64,000 nucleotides of DNA, taken from Octopus vulgaris (lineage: Eukaryota). The notes under the pieces are model-generated. The model ran no database searches and was not told where the DNA came from. It was given only the letters and a program-made list of their open reading frames with translations. Made by a program: the position numbers and the translations under genes. The stretch is taken from assembly GCA_951406725.2 (NCBI GenBank), contig OX597822.1, positions 39,122,001 through 39,186,000 on the forward strand. The letters are read 5' to 3'. Positions within the stretch are counted from its first letter, which is position 1. Each line of letters starts with the position of its first letter. Of this stretch, positions 51,495 through 64,000 are shown one piece after another.

Positions 51495-51920
51495 AGTGGG
51501 TAGCTTTGTTTCTTCACTACTTCAGAGAGTGAGGACGCTGCCTGACACGAGTCCCGGGCTCAGCTGGCTCCGGCTGACAGTACCCGGTATGGCCCCTATC
51601 CAGGGTTACAGAAAGGGTATAACCTTCGAAGAAATCCGGAGTGGAGCCCCGTAGGCGGTTTAGTGTTCGACTCGACACTCTTCCGGCAGCTCCTGCAACC
51701 AAGCTGGTGCCAAACATAATGCGCTGCACTCTTTTGGACTACGTCAGCAAGGTCAAGAGAGGAATTCTGACGATTGGGCTATCCAGGATTTTCTTACATC
51801 TAACCTAGACCTGCTTAAATTTGGAGAGGACACTTCAGTGCTGCTGTATTTTATGCGCAACTCCATTGTCTCCCGAGACAAAAGGATGCCAACATCATCA
51901 TCAACAACAACAACAACAAT
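51495..51920 (+). mobile_element. RTE 3' end preceded by a GC-rich segment (possible internally deleted RTE)
   Basis: 51850-51895 matches the 3' end of the RTE at 32300-32355 and is followed by (CAT/CAA)n. Identity of the upstream part is inferred. Confidence 0.5.
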
Positions 51921-52324
51921 AACAAGAACAACAATATATATATATATATATATATTAAATGTGACATGCTTGTGTCGTAGTACGTTGAGAGGTAGTTGAT
52001 ACTTAGACACCCCCCGCACCCACACATACACACAGATGCACACACACATACATACACACGCACTCTCTCTCACACACATACACTCCTGTCATGAGACATT
52101 GCCTCATCGATACACATCCCTCTGTCAGAGAACGTTGACATTCGCATAGACATAACTCTGTCGTAGACCTGCACTATTGTCACATATTTTTTCTTATTTC
52201 AGTCATTGGACTGTGGCCAAGCTGGGGCACCGCCCTGAAGGATTCATTCGAACAAATTTGCCGAACCGCTTAATAACGGGGGCCCACACCAACCCATACC
52301 GGTTGTCAAGCGGTATTGCGAGAT

Positions 52325-52401
<77 letters not shown>

Positions 52402-52694
52402 ACGGTCTTCTTTCAGTTTCCGTTCACCAAATTCACTCATAAGGCAAATTCACTCGTAAGGTTGGGTCGGCACTGTGGTAGAAGATACTTGCGCAAGCAT
52501 CCACGTAGTAGGACCGAACCCGAAATCATTTGGCTTCGAAGCAAACTTCTTACCACACAACCACGCCCACGCCTATACATACATACATGCATACATACAT
52601 ACATACATACATACATACATACATACATACATACATACATACATACATACATACATACATACATGCATACACACACACATACACACATATACAT

Positions 52695-53320
52695 AATAAA
52701 ATATAAGCACAACAGACCTGATATAATAATTTGGGATAAAGAAGAGAAACTGTGTACAGTTGTGGAAATTAGTTGTCCAGCGAATGTGAATATAAAACTG
52801 AAGATCAGTGAAAAAGAGAACACCTATGCTGAACTGTTGGGAAATCTGCACTTACACTATCCAAATTAGAAGTTCAGATTTATACCTGTGATTATTGGGG
52901 CCCTGGGATATGTAACATACTGCCAAAATACCAATCTTGAGAAATTAGTCTCTCAAAACCAGAAAGGAGAAAGCTAATTCAAAGGCTACAGATCCAGTCC
53001 ATCACTGGAACTGTAAAAATCTGCAAAACTTTCCAGAAGTTTATCATTTAAATATATACATATGAGAATGTCTAGATATGTAACTCTATGCATGAGAATA
53101 CCTAATAAAATATACAAATCTGCACAAACATGCATGCATACATACATACATACATACATACATACATACATACATACATACATACATACATACATACATA
53201 CATACAAAAATACCCTGTTGTTGATGTTGAAATTCCAATGAAGGAACCTTGGATCTTGGTTAGAAACAGATTCTTTCTCTGTTGGCAAGAAATCTTGAAA
53301 TAAACTGAATAATGACATAC
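52695..53320 (+). mobile_element. 3' fragment of a restriction-like endonuclease LINE (R4/Dong-like)
   Basis: HNRPDIIIWDKEEKLCTVVEISCP...KENTYAEL...IPVIIGALG (PD-E-K RLE domain). 3' UTR ends in CATA repeats. Confidence 0.75.
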
Positions 53321-54198
53321 ATAATACACATACATACATACACACACACACATACATACATGCATACATACACACATATTTATATATATATTTATATATA
53401 TATACGCACACATAAGACGGGCTTCTTTAATTTTCCGTCCATCGAATTCACTCATAGAAATTTAGTCGGCCCGAGGCTATAACAGAGGACATTTACTCAA
53501 TGCAACGTACAGTGGGATTGAGCTCGAAACAGTGTGGTTGGGAAGCAAAACTTCTTACCACATAGCCACGCTTGCGCCTATATATGTCTGTATATTTTCA
53601 AATCTAGCAGCATTATAACTAAATATACAGCTTGTGTAAACAAGTGATAGTTTTAACGATCAACAACATTTAATGCATAAGGGAACGGACTGATAGTAGA
53701 CTTCATTAAACATAAATATTGCGGCATAAAGACAATCTAATATTTCGGCTGTTGTCGATTTCTCACTTCCGACGAAGTGTAAAAGTTCGAAACGTTAAAT
53801 TTTTTGTACATTTTACGTCGCGTCAATTATATTATATGAAATTCTTTGAGATTCTTACAGCAATGATACATCCCACCTCAACCTGGTTACTTCTGTTAGC
53901 TCATCTGTGAACGTGAGTGACTGGATGAGACATCTCATTTGGAAGTATTTGTAAGATAGACTGGAGAGAGAACGTATTAGATGAAATATTTAATAAGGGA
54001 AGGAAGGATAACGAAGTGGGGACATACTGGGATGGTGAGTGTTTGGGGTTTGATAATGTTGGAAGTGTGATGTAAGGGATAATATCAATGTGGTTCTCGC
54101 AACTAACATCCCTTTCACTTTATACCTTGTTTCAGTGACCCTTCGATCTGAAGGGAGTGTAGTAGTCTGTGGTCTGTAGCTAAAATAGCTACATAAAT

Positions 54199-54217
54199 TG
54201 GTGACCCCGACGTGATT
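54199..54217 (+). other. LTR-retrotransposon primer-binding site complementary to tRNA-Trp
   Basis: TGGTGACCCCGACGTGATT is the reverse complement of the eukaryotic tRNA-Trp 3' end AATCACGTCGGGGTCACCA. It lies 5 bp after ...CTACA, a plausible LTR end. Confidence 0.8.
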
Positions 54218-55309
54218 GGGTAAGAGTCTAGTTGACTAAGAAGCAAACAGCAGGGCAAGCAAGTTGTTTTTATTAATGGAACGCTAGACATCCTAGAAAC
54301 TTCCAAGAGAAACGCGAAGCTTCTTGAATAATTAAGAATTACTTCTCATGAAGAAGAATCTTCCGAAAATCTTATCAAAGAGAGATTACTCAATAACATT
54401 TCTTGCAAAACAGATCATTCAACTATTTTAGCTATAGACCACAGACTACTACTGGAGTAACACATGCTTGAGGACAATCAAGCTAGGAATTGCTAGAAAT
54501 AGGAGTCAAACTGTAACAAATAACACTGTACCGTTTTGAGGAATATATGGGTTGTGTAATTCCTGAGATTAGAAAAAGACAGAATGATCACCATTGTGAC
54601 ACATTTCATTTTATGTATGTTTGATCAAAACTGCCCTGGGTTAAACAAGAAACAATACCACTGAAGAAAGTCTGACTCAAGAGGCTAGCGATAGCATCAA
54701 TGCGTTTTTAAGGAATACCTATTAAGGTCCTCTTACATTACGTCAACGTTCCCTAAAACTGTAGTAAGTTACACTTTGTGAAGCCCCACAAAAGAGTTGA
54801 AAGTGCAATACTGGTAGGTTGCATATGTAAGGCTGAATAACTGTCCTGGTTTCACTCAGGTATGTAGATGAATGTGAGGTTTATTTTCCTGGTAATGTAA
54901 TCAATAACTCTTCTAATTACATTAATAATTAAATACAACTGCTAAGTACATGTTAGTCATGGAGTATACTTGGCCTCATTAATTATGAATCAATCAATGA
55001 ATTGGTAAATTATAAATCTCCAGTCCATTATCACTACTAATCTACTGCCCTCACGCAAGTTCATCCAATTCACACGTCTCTTCTTTCCTTGTATTTTCTG
55101 TCATGTTTCACGCTTCGGTTCAAAACATGAACCAATTATTTCGACCGATCTTTACCCCACAAATGTCCTGCAAATCTGGAATTCTCTTTCGGTTCATGTT
55201 TTCTCTTTTGTGGCCCATCGCAAAGGATCGATGGGCCACGCTTTCGCGGTCCGTATTCGTACTGAAAATCGAGATCGAGCAAGCTTTTGCCAGCTAAGCA
55301 TTCCGCCCG

Positions 55310-55865
55310 GCGTGCTTAATGTTTCTTTTCTACTCTAGGCATAAGGCCCAAAATTTTAGGGGAGGGGGCCAGTCGATTAGATCGACCCCAGTACACAACT
55401 GGTATTTAATTTATCAACCGGGAAAGAATGAAAGGCAGAGTCGACCTCGGCGGATTTTGAACTCAGAACGTTGCGGCAGACGAAATACCTATTTCTTTAC
55501 TACCCACAAGGGGCTAAACACAGAGAGGACAAACAAGGACAGACAGACGGATTAAGTCGATTATATCGACCCTAAAAGGATGAAAGGCAAAGTCGACCTC
55601 AGCGGAATTTGAACTCAGACGAAATACCTATTTCTATTTCTTTACTACCCACAAGGGGCTAAGCTCAGAGAGGACAAACAAGGACAGACAAACGGATTAA
55701 GTCGATTATATCGACCCCAGTGCGTAACTGGTACTTAATTTATCGACCCCGAAAGGATGAAAGGCAAAGTCGACCTTGGCGGAATTTGAACTCAGAACGT
55801 AACGGCAGACGAAATACGGTTACGCATTTCGCCCGGCGTGCTTAACATTTCTGCTAGCTCGCCGC
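55310..55865 (-). mobile_element. SINE family D concatemer
   Basis: Three units like those at 22690-23478. Confidence 0.8.
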
Positions 55866-56815
55866 TCTCTTTACTAAACATAATATCGATGCTAATGACT
55901 TGTAGGTACGTGGCATTTCGTCATGCCAGCATTATATATTATAAAGTATATTAAACGTTTTTATAAGCCAATACCGCGTTCTACTGCGTTAGCAATGTGC
56001 TTTTACATAATTTGTTAAGGTTATCTCTGCAGATATTCGATAGAAATTATAGCCAGCACTGATTGCTGTTACTACGTTTCGTATATCGATGATGATGTGA
56101 ACGTAACTTTAGGGCATTGTAGCAGGAGAGTGAATGAGGGAGAGAACATGAGAGGGGGTAAGACAGACAGACAGACAGACAGACAGAATAAGAGGGAGAC
56201 AAAGGGAATTAAAGAAGGGTGCCTATAGCTTTTGCTTAGAAGCAATGAGTGGGTGAGAGAGGCTTTGTTTACGAAAGATAATGTTTACTACAGAGTGGCC
56301 TTGATAGCATGAATATAGATAAATAACAGTTTTCTCTCGATAATAATGCTGATGGCACCAAATTCCTCGCATTCACGCCATCAACAGACGGAAGCGAAAT
56401 ATGGCAAGACTTTTTTTCTTTTTTCTTTTTTCTTTTTCTGAAGTTCAGCATTTTATTGAATCGTTTCGTAGTTTTGTTTGAATTTCAACAAAACTAACAC
56501 CACCGACAACTTGGCATCATCTCCATCTTCTCATCGTCCTTCTCCTCCTCCTCCTCCTCCTCCTTCTTCTTCTTCTTCTTCTTCTTCTTCTTCTTCTTCT
56601 TCTTCTTCTTCTTCTTCTTCTTCTTCTTCTCGCTGTCCTCCTCCTCTTTATCATGTGTGTCTTTCTCTGTGTGTGTGTGTGTGTGTGTATGTGTGTGTGT
56701 GTGTATGTGCGCACGCGCACGCGTGTCTCTGTGCCTTCGCGAGTTCTTTTAAATCGGGCTGAGAAATATTTCAACAGTGTCTGTTGCAACACATTTTACA
56801 CGTGATGATATAGCG

Positions 56816-56870
<55 letters not shown>

Positions 56871-56891
56871 AACTACTACAACTACTACTAA

Positions 56892-56949
<58 letters not shown>

Positions 56950-57587
56950 GCCACCACCACCATCACTAGTCCTCGCTGGCCTGCTATGTAGACGCACACA
57001 CGCACACATATTTATACACAGACATATACATACGTACACACATATACACATCCAGACTCGCGTACACACACACGCACGCACACACATGCATGCACACACC
57101 AACACACACACACACACACGCATGTATATGTATGTGTAAATGGATGGAGATTTGCTGAAGCCGCATGATTGCGATTTATTTTTTAAGTGTAGCAAAGTTA
57201 GGTCAGCACTTCTCACAGAAGCTTCACAATTTACGGAACCAAATTCTTTGTTGAGATCAAAGGAAAAACCCATATATAGCAGCATGTTGTTACTGTATAT
57301 TTTGCTGTAACAAACGAGCACAGATCATATCAACAGTACTTCTCGAATATAGAAAACCAGATTGAAATTTGAATATGTGACCAAAGGATGAGTTAGAAAG
57401 TTTCCAGCATTTGACAAAAGCAAGATTTCTCAATGGTTTCTCCAATCTGATTTGTCTCCCTTGTTGAAACTGGCAATAATGCTTCTATTTTTGGTACAAT
57501 GCCAGAAATTTTAAGAGGAGGGGTAAGTTGATAACATCGATACCAGGACTTGGCTGGCTAGTTCAACACTGTCGGTATTTATTTTTA

Positions 57588-57822
57588 GCGGCGAGCTGGC
57601 AGAAACGTTAGCACGCCGGGCGAAATGCCTAGCGGTATTTCGTCTGCCGCTACGTTCTGAGTTCAAATTCCGCCGAGGTCGACTTTGCCTTTCATCCTTT
57701 CGGGGTCGATTAAATAAGTACCAGTTACGCACTGGGGTCGATATAATCGACTTAATCCGTTTGTCTGTCCTTGTTTGTCCTCTCTGTGTTTAGCCCCTTG
57801 TGGGTAGTAAAGAAATAGGTAT
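57588..57822 (+). mobile_element. SINE family D monomer
   Basis: Colinear with 29733-29965. Confidence 0.85.
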
Positions 57823-57841
57823 TTATTTTTAACGTCACACA

Positions 57842-57894
<53 letters not shown>

Positions 57895-58544
57895 ACACTG
57901 ACACACACACACACACACACACACACTCATACACACTCAAAGACACACATGATAAAGCTATAACGTGATGATGTTTCAGTTGACCCGATCAACGGAACAG
58001 CCTATTCTTGAAATTAACGTGCAAGTGGCTGAGCACTCCACAGACAGATGTACCCTTCACGTAGCTCTCTGGGAGATTCAGCGTGACACAGAATGTGACA
58101 AGATTGACCCTTTGAAATACAGGTACAACACGTTTGTGCTAGCTAAGTTGACGGGAGGAGTGTGAAATTAAGTGTCTTGCTCAAGGACACTGCACACAGC
58201 CAGCTGAACGAATTAGTGTTGACACTTAAAGGATGAAAGGCAAAGCCGACCTCGGTGTTATCTGAATTTAGCACGTAAGGATTCGGGAGAAATGCCGATA
58301 AGCATTTTGTTCCACGCACTAACGACTCTGTAAGCTCGCCGCTTGGAAACTGGTAATAATGGTTGATGTCAGCTTATATCTTTTGTGGTGTCCAAATTAA
58401 GAGAATCAATGTTTGATAATTTGCTGTTAGAACTCAGACAGAACTGACATTAATAAGCAGTCAACAAGCAGGACTCTGGTCCAGTCAATCAGGTACACAA
58501 ACCGATGACGGAGAATCTCGAGTAACATCTACGTATGCAGACAC

Positions 58545-58795
58545 CAATCAGAGAATGGAGATATTGATAAGGAGATCCTGTACAAGATAAAATGTGTCTG
58601 TGTAATATTTGGTCGTCTGAGAAGACGGATATATAAGGATCTAGACTGAAGACAATCAACGAAACTTAAGGTGTAAGAGGTACTTGTGCTATCCTTTCTT
58701 GAGCTTGAACTAATGGTGCATAAATCACTCGCGCTATCTTCGCTTCTCTTTGGCTGTGAAACCTGAACAAGATTTCGAGAGCTCCATAAACTGCG
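58545..58795 (+). pseudogene. Decayed RTE RT fragment
   Basis: NGDIDKEILYKIKCVCVIFGRLRRRIY...TKLKV...LFGCET*T. Confidence 0.6.
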
Positions 58796-58947
58796 AACAG
58801 GCGTGGCTGGTGAAGTTTGCTTCCCAACCAAAGGGTTCCAGGTCCAGTCCCATTACTTGGCAACTTGAATGAGTGTCTTCTACTATGGTCTCGGACCGAA
58901 CAAAGCCTTGTGAGTGGATCTCATACACGGAAACTGAAAGAAACCCG

Positions 58948-59019
<72 letters not shown>

Positions 59020-59138
59020 TGGATTAAGTGGGCTATCATTGCCTTTATACCGGGAATTCTCAGCTGTTAAAAAGCCTGCCGCATAGGATGTTGATATTTG
59101 TTTCCTTTTGGGATACGAATACCAACGTCCCATGTAGT

Positions 59139-59186
59139 AGGCCTGATAATTGCTAAGAATTCTCGGCATGAAACCAATGACAGCCT
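59139..59186 (+). ncRNA. Decayed type I hammerhead (family of 10521-10648)
   Basis: aggc-CTGATAA-ttgctaagaattctcggcat-GAAA-CCaatGA-CA-gcct. Confidence 0.5.
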
Positions 59187-59266
59187 TAATCCCCGAATAA
59201 AGAATATTTATCAACCAATGCGGTGTTAAAGTTGAAGCACTCATTGTTACTGTTCGATATTAACGT

Positions 59267-59417
<151 letters not shown>

Positions 59418-59596
59418 GTCATCATGTAGCATAAAATATATCATAAATTTATTTTATACAGTGCAATCATTATCTGAATTGAAAAGAATACGTTTATGAT
59501 GTTCTATTGAATACGTCTATCTTATGTAAAGTTAACAGTCTATTCCTGGTCTTGCCTCAGGCGCGACTGTTCCCAAACGCTCGGTTGTAAACAGCT

Positions 59597-59641
<45 letters not shown>

Positions 59642-59986
59642 GCGCATATATGTATGCGCATGTGTAAATATGTATGTAAGTGTGTGTGTGTTTATGTATA
59701 TATAAATGTGTGTATATGAATATATGTATATATGAATATATGTCTTTCGAAAGACTGTGAAATGATTCCTTTTCTTTTTGAACATTGGATCTCGAAGCAC
59801 ATCTAAAAAATCTATAACTAATAACATATAAACGTTGGGTCGAAAAGTTCTTTCGGATCAGGAGGTGTAGGTTCGTGTCTCACGAGCAGTTTTCGACTTT
59901 TTTCATCCACTGTTATTATTTCTAGCATTATGTGATGAGCTGCTGCAACTGTTGTTGTTTCTGCTGCTGCTACAACAACAACAACA

Positions 59987-60043
<57 letters not shown>

Positions 60044-60044
60044 G

Positions 60045-60079
<35 letters not shown>

Positions 60080-60305
60080 ACTACTACTACTACTAATAAT
60101 CTTTTCTACTTTAGGAACACAGCCTGAAATATGTGAAGAGGGGACTAGTCGATTACATCGACCCAAGTATTCAACTGGTACTTAATTTATCGACCCCGAA
60201 AGGATGAATTTGAACTCAGGATGTAGCGATAGCGAAATACACTAAGCATTTCGCCCGGCGTGTTAATGATTCTGCCAGGTCGTTGCCTTAATAATAATAA
60301 TAATG

Positions 60306-60462
<157 letters not shown>

Positions 60463-60472
60463 CATTGTTCAA

Positions 60473-61015
60473 CCAATAAAACATCTATTGCAATCACATC
60501 GCGCTTTTCGTATTGTCTATTTGTCTTTGTGAGAAGTTACGTCAGTCCTTTTAAAATATCAAAATGAAGTAGATTGAGATGATTGATTTTATATTTCACC
60601 GAATAAGAACTGGAATATTTAGAAATTCTGGAAGTTACCTAAACAGCCGAGTGGCTAAGGAAAATCATAATATATATTACATCTTTTGCGTTTTATGCCT
60701 TCTTATATTTGGCTTGTTAGCCCTGTTAGTTTCGCTAACCCCAGAGTTGAGCCCAATCCTGTGCCAATGGATTTTATACCATTCAAATACGAATCAGAAA
60801 ATGAGAAATCGACATTTCTATCAGTTAAAAAACTTAAAATTACAGACTGATGATGTCATTCTATCAACGTGGGAGCGCTGGTTACCTCGTTCAAATTTTG
60901 GATTTGAATTTCTGTATATCACTTTTCATTTTGAACTCGATAAAGACAGGGGAGCTGTTGAAATATCGTTCCGCCAATAAAACATCTATTGCAATCGCAT
61001 CGTGCTCTTCGTATT
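60473..61015 (+). mobile_element. Element with ~42-bp terminal direct repeats 501 bp apart and a decayed hammerhead-like motif
   Basis: CCAATAAAACATCTATTGCAATC.CATCG at 60473 and 60974. The motif CGATAA-a-gacag-gggag-ctgtt-GAAA-tatc-GTT lies just before the second repeat. Confidence 0.5.
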
Positions 61016-61067
61016 CTCCATCATCAGCATCATCATCACCACCACCACCACCACCACCATCATCATT

Positions 61068-61158
<91 letters not shown>

Positions 61159-61160
<2 letters not shown>

Positions 61161-62852
61161 ATATGTTTGACCTTTGCTTTACATTTGTACAAGTTGGCTC
61201 TAAGTCTCACCCGGAGACCTCAAGAGACAACATGTTGGAAGTTCACGCCGTTGTTATGCCTAGTGTGCCATATATTTGGTTGTTTTTTGTGTTGTGTTAG
61301 TGGATGTTTAAAAAAAAATGTTTGTTTTAAACCTTGAGATTACATAGAAAGTATTTTGCGTAGGATATGAGCAGTTCCCATGAGCACTATCTTTTGAATT
61401 TCTGCCATTTTGGGGTTTCCTGGTATCTGAGTTAGGTAGCAATCAGCTCCTTTTGCTATCATTCCCAGGGCACCTATGACAACAGGTATTGTTTTAGTCT
61501 TCAGGTTCCACATTTTGCTGATTTCTATTTCAAGATCTTTATATTTGCTCAGTTTTTGGTAGGTCTTGACAGACACGTTTATATCGATTGGGACAGTCAT
61601 ATCAATGAGGAGGCATGTTCTTTGTTTGAAGTCTTTCAATATGATGTCTGGCCTATTTGCATCTATCTTTCTGTCAATTTGAATGGTGAAGTTCCAGAGG
61701 AGTGAGATGTGGTCATTTTCAAGCACTGGGGGTAGTTTGTGTTCCCACCAGTTTTTTTTCACGGGGCAAATCCAGGTTTTTGCAGATTACCAGATTACCT
61801 CCCTCTTTTCTTGGCAGATAAAGTCGTTCTGTATCTGCCTTAGGGTGGTGCATTCTATGCATTGTCAACAGTTTTCGTATTTTTCTGTCAAGATTACATA
61901 TTTCAGTAATTGACCAGTTAACGATATTGAAACTGTAAGTCACGACTGGTATGGCTAATGCATTGATCGCTTCGATACTGTTTCTTGCATTCAGCTCTGT
62001 CTTGAGTATTGCTCTTACTCTTCGATAGCATTCTCTCCTGATCCTTTCCTTCATCTCTGAATGCTTTATTCCGTTCCCTTCAATTACCCCTAGGTACTTG
62101 TAGCTCTCCGCTGGGTCTAGTTCTTTTATGACATTCTGCTGGTCAAGGTTAACGTTAGATGTTTCTGTCATTTTTCCTTTGATAACGGTAGATTTTGCAC
62201 ACTTATCGAGGCCAAATTGCATTCTGATGTCGTCACTGAATTGTTTGACAATCGCTAGTAAGCCCTTGAGTTGTTGGTCATTTTTTGCAAAAAGCTTTAA
62301 ATCATCCATGTAAATGAGATGATTTATATTTTTATCAAACATTTTATATCCGTACTGCGCGTCATTGAGCAGGTTTGAGAGAGGTATTAAGGCTAAACAG
62401 AAGAGGAGTGGTGATAGTGAGTCACCCTGGAAAGTGCCACACGAATTTTTTACATCACCAGCATTTAGGGATTCATTGTCACTGTTCAGAGTTAGTGTGG
62501 TTCTCCATGATCTCATACTTACAGTCAAAAAGTTTCGCAGAGTAGGTGCTATCTTATACATTTCCAGGCATTTCCTAATCCAGCTATGTGGTAGGCTATC
62601 AAAAGCCTTTTTATAGTCTATCCAGGCTATTGATAAGTTTTTGTGTCGTTTGTGACAATCTTCTAAGATCATCTTATTGATGAGTAGTTGATCTTTACAG
62701 CCGTAGGATCCACGTTTACATTCTTTCTGTTCATTAGGGAATATGCTGCTGTATGTTAAAAAACTATAGGTATATTCCGTCAGGACAGATGTTAGCGTTT
62801 TGTACATAGTTGTTAAGTAGGTTATGGGTCTATAGTTTTTTGGTTTATTTGT
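61159..62852 (-). mobile_element. 5'-truncated R4/Dong-clade LINE (RT plus RLE) in (TAA)n
   Basis: Motifs YRPIT, AWIDYKKAFDSLPHSWI, FQGDSLSPLLF, HLIYMDDLK, then NRPDIILKD..LIDMTVP..KLSKYKDL..PVVIGALG. The CCHC linker is deleted. (TAA)n at the 3' flank and (TAA)n(AAG)n at the 5' flank. Confidence 0.92.
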
Positions 62853-63246
<394 letters not shown>

Positions 63247-63425
63247 GGAATGACAACGGAAAAGGATGGTGTAGGCACATCCCAGAAAAGATCTCAGAAA
63301 ATGAAAAAGCAACCATACTCTGGGATATGCCAATAATCACAGATAGAGAAATCAAGGCTAATAGACCAGATATAGTTATCGGAGATCATGAAGGAAAGAA
63401 ATGTCTTCTAATAGATGTATCACAA
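63247..63425 (+). mobile_element. Fragment of another RLE LINE
   Basis: HIPEKISENEKATILWDMPIITDREIKANRPDIVIGDHEGKKCLLIDVS. Confidence 0.75.
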
Positions 63426-64000
63426 TATCGAAAGATGAGTTACAGCACAAAGAAATTACAAAAACAAAATCATGTGGGTTTAGCATCAATCAAAGGAATG
63501 TATACCACATTAAAGGTTATAACAAAGGATATATAATAGAAATTAGAGAAATACCAGAGATGTGATTGTCGGTTGTTTGACTTTAACCAGCTGAGCATGT
63601 CCTTAGTGGCTGACGATATGTACATCTCTGATCAGGAGCGGAAGTAGTGGGGGAGCATCATAGTCATGTGTTGAGAGGAATTATTTAGGGCTTGGATAAT
63701 TTACCTCTGGAAACATGGGCGTTTTTTTCAACATCCTTAAACAAACCTTATTCTCGGACCTTTTGAGTGGGATGGGCTACTCGACCTGAAGAAAATTCTA
63801 ACTGGGTCCCACCTTGCAAGGTCATGTGCTGTTGATCTTGATGAGATCACCATGTCGGGTACGCATGCTTCTGATATATATATATAGTTGAAATTTACAA
63901 AAAAAAAAAAAAAAGACGAAGACAAATGTATAAACAACAAACTGGTGTATTAGTTTAACGCTCGGGAAGGTGAGAAAGTCTTTTACGTTTCAAGCCTATG

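Noticed and set aside
55210-55239. Perfect 11-bp GC-rich hairpin
   Set aside because: Isolated, with no CTRR end or other context to assign it.
60579-60980. 133-aa ORF with a hydrophobic stretch
   Set aside because: Lies within a direct-repeat-bounded element, is AT-rich and has no recognisable motif. Likely a chance ORF.

Overview
Eukaryotic, microsatellite-saturated animal DNA. The SINE families and repeat landscape suggest an octopus or other cephalopod; this is inference, not a database match. Nearly all ORF-track entries are microsatellite artefacts. (1) One spliced host gene on the minus strand (exons 15944-15872, 12282-12123, 6331-6120, probably 5564-5527) encodes a ~160-aa secreted C-type lectin-domain protein. 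(2) Many short Penelope-type elements, mostly (TA)n-flanked, carry minimal type I hammerhead ribozymes. One has two intact ribozymes 565 nt apart (retrozyme-like), and one intact ribozyme lies sense in the lectin's first intron. (3) A ~19.5-kb segment (19824-39280) is bounded by ~97%-identical 265-bp inverted repeats and an 8-bp target duplication that splits a SINE, consistent with a composite macrotransposon. (4) Non-LTR retroelements include two Tx1/L1-clade copies in (CTAT)n, R4/Dong-like copies, CR1-group and RTE copies. (5) Helitrons, mariner relics, MITEs, a Gypsy tRNA-Trp PBS remnant and several tRNA-derived SINE families are also present. All alignments and folds were done by eye.
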